A stretch of DNA of 64,000 nt, taken from NCBI GenBank assembly GCA_964106915.2, contig OZ066921.1. One strand, written 5' to 3'. Both the position numbers and the translations under genes were made by a program. Below the pieces are notes generated by a model that worked only from the letters and a program-made list of their open reading frames with translations, searched no databases and was not told where the DNA came from. This stretch comes from Podarcis gaigeae. Lineage: Eukaryota. This document shows positions 26,305 through 47,859 of this stretch, piece by piece; positions within the stretch are counted from its first letter, which is position 1, and each line of letters opens with the position of its first letter.

Positions 26305-29300
26305 ATGGCGGGAGCTGCGGGCGCGTCGCTCTGGGTGAGGAAAGTCGCACAGTGGGCGGGCGCTGGGCTCAAGGGTGGGCCGTAGCTTCGTGCCAGAGCA
26401 GGCATTTTGCAGGTCGAGGTACCCTGTGAAGAAAGTGCCTTTGCTCTGCCGGGGAGAGCCTGGAGGGAGGCCCGCCTTTGCTAGTCAGAGCAGGCGATAC
26501 TCGGTGGGCAAATTATTTGCCTCGGTGGGCAAATTATTTGCCTCCCGCAGTGCTCTGCGCGCGCGGCACACCCACCCACCTGTGTTGCTGGTTTGAAGCA
26601 ACTAATGGGGAAATGCGGAGTGGATTCTTCTGTCTTGAGGCGGGGCTAGATGCGCTGTAGGACGATATGCAGTCTTGCAGTTGTGGTTGCCCAGAAACAG
26701 GATACCAGCCTCGAATTCAAGGGGAAACTTGCAACTCCTTCACTACTGTGACAGCTATAAAAGCGCTTAACTCCTCTTACTGCTTGAAAGGGACTAGGCG
26801 AAGTTTGCAGGGCTGGTATCATGCCTTCGAGAGAGGAAGGAGCCGATGCCGGTCAGGCCTGACCTAGGTGGTCCAAAAATCTGTCGGGGGGCGGGCTGCG
26901 GGAAGCAGCTTCTTGCCATTCCTGAGTGAACCGTGCAGCTTGAACGTGGTTGCTGGGAGGGCTCCAGTGGCCAGCTGTGAGAGCAAATCGTGTGTTGCTC
27001 CTTTGGGGTAGGCTGGAGCAACAGCCAAGGCAAGCAGAGGTTGAGCGGGTGCAGCTTTTGCTGAGCAGCAATGGTTCTCCTGCCTGCCATGCAGCTGCTG
27101 AAGAGCTGGAGGCAGATTCCTCTACCAAAAGGCCTCCTGTCAGATCCGGCCAGTCATTGCCAGGAGACAGTAGTAATTGTAAGCTATGCGTTCCTTGTGT
27201 TTTGGCATCTGAAATCCTCCCCTTTTGCCATCCCAGGTAGTACCAGCAGCTCTTCAGCAGGATTCCTGCTGCGTTTAGCCCTTTCAGAGTGCCCCATGCG
27301 GACCAGCTGCTTTCTCAGTTTTAGGGTCAGTATTTATCCCAACTGGGATGATGAGGCAGGGTAGCTTGGCCAGGCCTAGCCAAAGCCAACTTGGAGCTTT
27401 AACCCAGATATACCAGACAGAGTTCTGTGGGTGTGTTAGGGTGGAGCAGGGTAGTAGACCTTCCTCCTCCCGTTCTCCAGGGGTTGGGTGGGCTGTAGGC
27501 TTGGGGGTGTATCTCACTCTCTTTACTCTCCCAGCGACGCTTTAAGGAGGCAACAGTGATTCTCGGTGGGGGCAGCCTGATCTTCACCTCATACCTGGTG
27601 GTCAAGGGAGATGAGCACTTCTACGCTGCGCAGCTGATGCCACTCCTGCAGAGAGTGGTGGGCCCTGAGACAGCCCACAGGCTGGCTGTGCGCTTTGTGG
27701 CTCTGGGGATCCTGCCCTGCTCAAGCCAAGCTGACTCGAATGCATTGGTGCGTAAACTATGCAGGTGACTGGCGGTAGAGGCTGCTGTGCTCCTGCTTTG
27801 GGCCCTGCCTCTCATCCTACTGCTCCCAATCCCTTCCTGTAGGCCCACCATGCCCTTTCTCTCCTGGGACAGAATGGGGCCTTGCCTGTCTCTTCTGCTG
27901 CCTAAGGCTTTCTGCTGGTTAACAGGTGCTTAATTGGCTCCCCAGGCAGTGGAAGTCTTTGGGCGCCGGTTTCGGAACCCTCTTGGCATGGCTGCTGGTT
28001 TTGACAAGCATGGAGAGGCTGTAGATGGACTCTACAAGATGGGATTTGGCTTTGTGGAGGTGGGGAGTGTCACCCCAGAGCCCCAAGAGGGGAACCCCAG
28101 GCCCCGTGTCTTCCGGCTGCCGGAGGACCAGGCCATTATTAACAGGTAGGAGGCTGGAACAGAGGTGGGTGGTGAGGGTGATCCTTTGACAAGCCTCTCC
28201 TGCAGTGGAGGCTGAGGTGATGTATTGAGGAAGAGAGGGGTGGACTGGTATTCCCCTGAGCTGTATTCACCTGAGCTGTGTCCACCACTTTCTAGGTATG
28301 GGTTCAACAGCCATGGGCATGCAGTGGTGGAGCACAGACTTCGAGCCCGACAAGAAACTCAGCGTCAGCTCAGCTCAGGTGAGGTGGCTTGTGTCCTCCC
28401 TGTCCATGAGCCATGGAAATCCCAGCCCCCTTCTTCCCCCCACCCAATTGCTGCTGTACTAGTACATGCTTGTGGCAGTCAGATCTGGAGAGGAGCTTTC
28501 AGGGAACGTGAAGAGTGGCAAGGAGCAAATAATGTTACAATTGATTAGTGGAGAATTTCTGGATCCTGCCCTGGACCCTTCCCAGAGCATCTCTGGTCAG
28601 GAGCAGTGCCTGCCTGAGTGCCAGTGGCTGCTTTCTTTTACCCAGCCCTAACAGGCCCACTGTGGCCCTGTGCTCTCCCTGGGGAAATCTCTTATGTGTC
28701 TGCCCCCTCATCAGGGATTCCTCATGTAGCAGTCATCTTTGCTCTGGCCTTCCCTGTCTGACTGGCTTCTGTTTGTGCATCCTCTCCCTTCCTAGCGGGG
28801 ATGCCTCTTGGAATAAATCTTGGCAAGAACAAGGCCTCTGTGGATGCAGCAGCCGACTACGTGGCAGGTGTGCGTGTGCTGGGCCCGCTGGCTGATTACC
28901 TGGTGGTGAATGTTTCCAGCCCCAACACACCGGGACTGCGGGCCCTTCAAGGCAAAGCCGAGCTGCGCCTCCTGTTGGCCAAGGTGGGTCTCTTGCCCCA
29001 AGAGCATTTCCTGTCCTCTCGGTCCCCTCCAGTAAGCAGCCAGGGCGCCCTCTGGCACACATTTCAGCGCCTGCTCTCTGGGCCGAGGGCAGCAGCTGCT
29101 TGGAGCAAAGGAGGAGCAGCCTGCTGCTCCCATTTCACATTTATTGAACAGTGCCTGGCAAAAGAAGGCCAGGGCTTTGCTGGTACATTGTTCACAAATC
29201 CTACTGCAGGAGTTGAATGCATGCCTGATTGAGAACCTTGTACAAGTGCGACAGCCTTGCCTCCAGATGTTGGTAGTGGACCAACAGGAGGCTGCTTCTA

Positions 29301-30341
29301 TCTTGCCCTCCTTCCATACCTGCCCTTTGGATCCTGCTGTTGAGCCTCTCCTGCTCTGCAGAGCTCAGCCTCTGTCCCTAGTTCATAGCAGGGGCAGTTC
29401 CCCTCTCCCAGCCGTGTTGTGCTGCGCTCCATGGCTTGTAATCATGTGCCCTTCTGGGCAGTGTGAACGTGATCTTTGGCCAATGGCTGTGTGCTTCTTG
29501 GCAGGTGCTGGCTGAGAGGGACGCCTTGGCATGCAAGCACAAGCCGGCTGTACTGGTGAAAATTGCTCCAGACCTCACGGCCCAAGACAAGAAGGACATT
29601 GCCAGTGTCGTCTCTGAGGTGATGCAGGGGTGGGTGGGCAGGAGTGGTTCTCTCTGGCTGCTGCCTTTTATGCCTTGTTCTAGAGCAGCTCCCTTAAGAG
29701 ATCACCTTGCCCCATGTGGGCCTCTTTGATCACTTCCATCTGTGGAACTTGCACTTTTACACCTGCCACTCTGCACTCCTCGCAAGAGCAATCTCGTGAG
29801 CATAGCAGCACACATGGGAAGGAGGGCAGCACATAGGAGGAGGCTGTGGCTCTGAGGCTTGACTGGGCTCCCTTTTTCCCAGTTAGGCGTTGATGGACTG
29901 GTGGTCACCAACACCACTGTGAGCCGCCCCAGCACCTTGCGTGCAGCTCTTAGTGGTGAGGTAGGGGGTCTCAGCGGAGCTCCCCTGCGAGAGCTCTCCA
30001 CTCAGCTGGTCAGCGAGATGTACTCTCTCACCCAAGGTAAGGAGACAGAGGCTGGAGGGAGGGAGGGAGGAGGGGGTGCAGGTGGGAGGGACTCCAGAAT
30101 CCCTCCCACTAGCAGCCTCTTCTTGCCCCCCAGGACGGGTCCCCATCATAGGTGTAGGTGGAGTCTCCAGCGGGCAAGATGCCTTGGACAAGATCCGTGC
30201 AGGGGCCTCCTTGGTGCAGATGTACACTGCCCTCACCTACCGTGGGCCACCTGTGGTGGGTGCTGTGAAACAGGAGCTGGAGGCTCTGTTAAGGTGAGTG
30301 CCAGGCTGGGCCCAGCTCCCAGCTTCTTGATGGCCCAAACT

Positions 30342-30379
<38 letters not shown>

Positions 30380-31347
30380 TCATGATGTTACTTCAGATTC
30401 AAGCAAAGTTTTGCTGATTAGAAAGCACAGCAGAATGAGATTGCTGCCAGCATGAGATTAGGCTGTAGAGGGAGCTGAGCAGACCACAAAACTGTCTGTC
30501 TTCCACCTAGGTTATCATGCTGGGCTCCTTATTGCATGTATGCTCTCCATTTACACTGCAAGAAGCTGATCCCTGATACTCTTTACATCAGCTTCAAGTA
30601 CCTTGCCCTCCTTGCTTGATGTTCTGTGTCTCTCGCTCTGCCTCTTACACCCATTTCTTCTCTTCCTCCCACATTCTGCTTGCCAGCTAGCCTGCCTTTC
30701 CTCCAGATCTGCTTCCTAGCCCCTGGCACATCTCCTCTTGGAAGCCCCTGCTGCCACCTGTTCTTCCACCTGTACCTTATCTCAAATTACCTTCCACTTC
30801 CACCAAGACAAATTACCTTATCTCCACTACAGTTCCTTTGTGTCATTTTGTGGTCTGTGGAGCCTTGGCGGCTTTGCAGCAATTGTTGTCTGGGACAACA
30901 GTAGTCCCAAAACTAGTAAAAACAGACCTTGCTTTCTATTCTTTATACCTGTGCATCTGTTGTCTTATCCAAACAATCAAATATGTACTACGGAGAGGAT
31001 AAAGTGGTATTGATCCTGTGGGTATTTCACATCCTTGGTTTCCTGTGACTCGCCTGCAGGTCACAAGTCCCCTCCCCACAACGTACAAGGATCTGCTCTT
31101 GCAAGCATAAGCTTTTCTGGTTACCTTTTGTAGCTGGGGAGGGAGATGGGGACCCAAGTAGGGAGCTGGTATCTTAAGCAAATAAGGACTTTGCTTGCGT
31201 TGAGGTTTTATCTTTCTAGGCACCAAGCAAACTGTAGGGCCAGAGACAGCTAGCTGGTCTACTCACTCTGTGCTGTTTTGTCCTTTGTGCAGGGAGCAAG
31301 GATTCCAGAGCGTGCAGGATGCTGTGGGTGCAGATCATGGCCTCTGA
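26305..31347 (+). CDS. DHODH: Dihydroorotate dehydrogenase (quinone), mitochondrial (9 exons, about 398 aa)
   Basis: Exons 26305-26334, 27535-27747, 27946-28145, 28296-28378, 28796-28983, 29505-29618, 29883-30036, 30134-30293, 31293-31347 (1197 nt). Motifs [71 protein letters not shown] at 32002-32007. Exon 1 is the least certain. Confidence 0.97.
30343..30378. repeat. (TG)n microsatellite
   Basis: About 18 TG units in DHODH intron 8. Confidence 0.95.
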
Positions 31348-32213
31348 GGACTCCTGACATGGGCTTAGTGTGAGAGCAAGCACTCTGTGGGCACAGAGAT
31401 GCTTGTTTGCCCAGGTCACCATGGTAGCATCCAGCATGTTTCCAGCATGTTTCTGCTTGTAGTCCTGCTGCCCCCCTTGTCTTCCCCTACATGAGGGCAG
31501 GGGGGCTTCCATCAAGATCAGCTTGATTGTTTTTCCAGCAAGGAACAAAAAAGTGCCTCCCTTAAGAGCTTCACAGTGTACTTCTTAATGCAAACTTTTG
31601 CAGTCCAGCTGGTACTAAATGTCCCTGGAACAGGATGAGCAAACATTGACACAAGTCAAGTAGGCCAGGCTGGGGCTGGCTTATTTCATCAGAAACTATC
31701 AAGCAACACAGAGGGCCAGGATCTGTGTGTATCCTCAGACAAGCCAAAGTCAAGGAATTCCCCTCATCTGCTGAGACCCAACAGAGTCAGGTCTGCAATG
31801 TAATTCAGTCCCTCCCAGATGGGATTAAGTAAAATGGGAGTATGGCAGAAATAATTTCTCTGTTTCATCCCAGAGCCCCACTCTTGATTTTAGGATGCTG
31901 AAGAGGATGGGGGCACGATCAGCATTGCTCTGAGGGGCTGTGGTATTTTATTCCCTGCCTTGCATTTGGCGGGAGGTGGCTCTTTTTCTGGGTGGTCTTT
32001 CAATAAAGCTTTTGTTTATTTGTTTAAACTTGTTTTTATTTTTATTTTTATTAATTATGTTTTTAAATTTGGTATTACAATCCCATATGACAAGTGCATT
32101 TCACTTGTTTTATGATGGAGATCAGCATACAAAAGGTTAAAAAACATTGCCAATGGTGGGTGGGATTTCTCTTCAATTACTAAAAGTAAATCTAAAGGAG
32201 CGCATATTGTTTC

Positions 32214-33628
32214 TTTTTTAAAAAAAATAATATTTATTACTTTCCCAACAATTTAAACACTACAAAGGGAAAAAAAAGTTAAACAATACAATACAATACA
32301 AAAACAAAGACACTACATAACACTAACACTAAAACATTAAACTAACAAAACAAAACAAAATCAATTTAAGACACATTAAACAATTTCAATATCTTTCATT
32401 CACTTGTTTCAACGACCTCATCCCACCTCCTTTTTTGTATTCCACTTCAGTTAACTGTTTCAGCAATTCCTTTCCATCTTCCTCTGTTTTTTGTCCTGTA
32501 ATTATCTTAACATATTCTAACCTTATTTTTTCCCTTTAATACATTAATAATCTATTTGTACTTAGTTCCCTATAACATTTCTACTAAAGCCATATAACTT
32601 CATTCCAACATTTTTCTAACATTCATTGATTTTACAGTATTTCTGTAAATAGTCTTTAAACTTTTTCCAGTCTTCTTCCACCGATTCTCCTCCCTGGTCT
32701 CGGATTCTGCCAGTCATTTCCGCCAGTTCCATATAGTCCATCAACTTCATCTGCCATTCTTCCTGGGTGGGTAAATCTTGTGTCTTCCAATACTTCGCGA
32801 TGAGTATTCTTGCTGCTGTTGTTGCATACATAAAAAAAGTTCTGTCCTTCTTTGGCACCAGTTGGCCAACCATACCCAGGAGAAAGGCCTCTGGTTTCTT
32901 CAGGAAGGTATATTTAAATACTATAATCATTTCATTATAAATCATCTCCCAGAATGTCTTAATCCTTGGGCATGTCCACCAAAGGTGAAAGAATGTACCT
33001 TCAGTCTCATTACATTTCCAACATTTATTGTCAGGTAAATTATACATTTTTGCAAGCTTGACTGGTGTCATGTACCACCTGTAAATCATTTTCATTAAAT
33101 TCTCTCTTAGGGCATTACATGCCATAAATTTCATACCTGTGGTCCATAACTGTTCCCAGTCAGCCATCATTATGTTATGTCCAACGTCGTGTGCCCATTT
33201 TATCGTAGCTGATTTCACCATTTCATCCTGAGTGTTCCATTTCAACAGCAAGTTATACATTCTTGACAAGTTCTTAATTTTTGAATCTAACAATTCTGTT
33301 TCCAATTTTGATTTTTCCACCTGGAAACCAACTTTTTTGCCCAAATTGTATGCCTCCATTATTTGGTAATAATGGAGCCAATCTCGCACTTTGTTTTTCA
33401 ATTTTTCAAAGCTCTGCAGTTTTATTCTGTCTCCATCTTGTTCCAGAATTTCCCAATATTTCGGCCATTTGGCCTCCATATTGAGCTTTTTCTGTGCCTT
33501 CGCTTCCATTGGTGACAACCATCTTGGGGTTTTCTTTTCTAACAAATCCTTGTATCTTATCCAAACATTAAACAATGCTTTTCTAACAATATGGTTTTTG
33601 AACTCTTTATGTGCTTTTACCTTATCAT
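32214..33628 (-). mobile_element. Young 5'-truncated L1-clade LINE (ORF2 C-terminus, 3' UTR, A tail)
   Basis: Uninterrupted ORF2 C-terminal frame 32616-33638 with zf-RVT motif RWYMTP...CWKC...GTFFHLWWTC; AATAAA (minus) near 32233; perfect 18-bp TSD aggagcgcatattgtttc at 32196-32213 and 33629-33646. Confidence 0.93.
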
Positions 33629-33929
33629 AGGAGCGCATATTGTTTCACTTCTATGGCCAAGCACAGGCATCTCCCAAGGGTAGAAGTTCTCTCATGGAGA
33701 AGGCCCCTGCAGCTGCCCTTGGACCCGTGGCTTGAGGAAGAGGTGCCAGCTCCGGGGGTAAATCTGCACAGTCCTGAGAGCTCTGGTGAGGGGAGAGGGG
33801 CAACATTTGAAGACCCAGTTTGTTTGTATTTCAGTGGTAAGGGGGTTGTGCCCTGGCACCTAATGCAGGCTTTGCAGCAGTGACTGGGAGGTTATCCTAG
33901 GAATTGCACCCATGCAGAATAAAAGGGGG

Positions 33930-34300
33930 GCAGCTGGACGCAAAAGGCGTAGACGAACCCAACGCCCAAGGAGTGACTCGCAAGGGCGCAAACAGCGCAA
34001 ATCACCCCACCAGACTCTCCAGCCGCGGGAAGGGGGGCTGATTTGGCTCTGACGTAGGAAGGGCGGGAGGAGACGGACCCAGAGAAGCCCCGCCCCCGGT
34101 CCAAGAGGCTCGTCTGTTGCCGGGGTAACGGGTTATGTCACCCTAGATATAAGAAAGGGCAAGAGCGGCCCTTCTGGTGCGCGGGATTTTCGGGCTCCTG
34201 AAAATCCATCCGGCTGAAATCCGAGCCGCTTTGGGTAGAGAGCGCGGGACTCGCGTTTGCCCCTCTGTGGGCTGCAAGTGTCCTAGACCCGCAGTCTTCA
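33930..34300. promoter_or_regulatory. Orphan CpG-rich promoter-like element upstream of DHX38
   Basis: TGACGT (34050-34055), GC boxes GGGCGGG and GCCCCGCCCC (about 34061-34097), RFX X-box GTTGCCGGGGTAAC (34116-34129). Separated from the DHX38 core promoter by repeat remnants. Confidence 0.55.
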
Positions 34301-34739
34301 ACCTTTTCCGTCTCTGGACCCGTCTTTAACCAAACATGCATTTGGGGACCAATCTTGTAATCGTTTACCACATATTTGCACAGTGGTGGCGCTGCTGTTG
34401 CAACCCATCTCGGATCAGGCCATGACCCACAAGGGGGTCTCGGCCCACCACCACTTGGACTAGATGACCCCCGCGGCCCCTTCCGACTCTACTGCTCCAT
34501 GACCTATGGCTGGAGAACTTCCGGCCCAGCAGAGGATGGGTGGACTACAATTCCCATCCTCGTCTCTGGCCACGCTGGCTGCTGGGAGCTGCGGTGTCTA
34601 ACAGCACCTGGAGGGCCATGAATGTCCCCACACAGCTCCCCATCCCTGCATTAGCCCCGTTCCCGCCCATGATCTCGAACTGCTTCCCCAGCTGTCTGAG
34701 GGAGCGGCACCCCCCTCCTCTTCTGAGGGGAAACTGCTA

Positions 34740-35316
34740 GTTCTGCCGCCTTCCGTTCCAGCTGTGCGGAAGTCCGGAATCTCTTCGCGCAGTTTCCTGT
34801 GGGCGGCTTTTACGTTCCCTCCTCCGGGCGGCGGCAATCCGGAAGTCCCGCCTCCGCACAAGGACTCGGTCGGTCGGTCGGTCTAGGAGCCGCGCTGCTG
34901 CACATTCTATAACGACTCTATGGCACGGGGAGAGGCCGTCGCAGCTGCCGTCGCGGGGCATTGTGGGGCGGGCAATGGCGGCGCCCGGCAAGCGGAGGGT
35001 CAGGCCTTGAAGCGGCGGCCGCGCGGCGGCGGAGGGTGAGGCTGAGGCGGGCAGGACTCTGCCCCCGTCTCTGTCGCGAAGGCGAAGCGAGGCTGGGCCA
35101 GCGGGTTGGGCGGCGCTGCTGCTGCTGCTGCTTCCGCTGCCGCTTTCAGCGCGGTGTGTCGTCCAGTGGCAGCGCGTCCCGCGGGACTCTGAACGGCCGA
35201 GCAGCCCCTCCAACAGCCCGATTTTCCCCGCCGCCGTTAGGCGCCACCCCCCTTGCCGCCCGGTCCCCGTCCCGCTGACTCGCGTGCCTCATTGCCTCCC
35301 CGCAGAGAGCCCTGCA
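34740..35316 (+). promoter_or_regulatory. DHX38 CpG-island promoter and non-coding first exon/intron
   Basis: Multiple ETS sites (GCGGAAGT about 34766, CCGGAAGT about 34839), GC box, donor GAGG|GTGAG near 35035, acceptor cccgcag at 35305. Confidence 0.7.
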
Positions 35317-46742
<11,426 letters not shown>

Positions 46743-47859
46743 CCCCTGCTCTCCCAGCTCTGTACAGAAGACCCTGCTGTGCTTAGTTGGGCAGAGCCCA
46801 CCTTGGATGGACATGGAAAAAATAATTTTATTGTTTATATAAATGTTGCTGCTTCCTGACCTGATTTTGAGCAGTTGCTTTTGTTTGGCCTCTTCCTTGG
46901 TGCAAGGTTGGGGGTGAGGCTGGAGCAAGGTGTGTTTGGGGGGAGCCCTCTCCTCCCTCAGCCCATGAATGGGCTGTAAGACATCCTGCTTTCTGCCACC
47001 TGCCTCCCTTTTGCCTTATACATGCTTACAGCACGACGTGTGATTTTTTGGGGAAAGTGGCTCAGCACGTCCCCATTTATTAGCTTAGTATCTGCACAAG
47101 TTCTTTTTTTCTTTCTTTCTTCTTCTGCGTAAGAAGTCACATGATTAGTCGATCGGCCGGTCCCTGTCCAAATATTCACTGGAGCCTGGCGCGGCAGGCA
47201 CCAAGGTGTGTCCTCTGCTGGGCAGGGAGGGGGCCAGCATGTGTGGCGAAGAATAGGTATCCAGCAGCCATGGCGGGACTAGGACAGGTTCCACTTTGTT
47301 GCCAGCACTTTGCTTTGTTTCCGGCTCAAGCAGTGAGAGCTGCAAATGGTAATAAGGATGATGATTTGGGGTGGGTGGGGGAGGTACAGCAGGAATGGCT
47401 TTCTACATCCATGCTGCTTGACTTGACTAACAATCAGTTTGCTCAGGGAATCTCTACGGGAGACTGAAAATAAGATGGCATCTATTTGAATGCTATTACT
47501 TCATTTTAGACTATTGTACACAGCATTGGTCCTCTTAAGAAAGGGCATGTTTGCACCCACCATAAATGATTGAAAGGGAGTGGAAATGGCTTCTGTACAC
47601 CCAAGGACTAAAGTCAATTCTAGACACAATGTTGGATAAAGAGTTTATATAAATACTTTTCCCTCCCAATATTGGTATGCAACTCCATTAGAGGTCAGTT
47701 GGGGAATTGTGGCCTGGTCTGCTATCGGCCCCTGGCTTTAAGCATGTGGCCCTCTGGATGATGATAGATTCCATGAGCCCCAACCACAATAGCCAGAGGG
47801 CTACAAGCTCCCCACCCTTGCAGGAAAGCTGTGGGGCGGGGATTTGCCCAGGGCCCATC

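Noticed and set aside
33809-33826. Peptide EDPVCL in ORF 33611-33883 matches a TXNL4B segment (RDEDPVCLQ) in the interval where TXNL4B lies in mammals
   Set aside because: Wrong strand relative to mammalian TXNL4B, flanking residues show no similarity and there is no exon structure; most likely chance.
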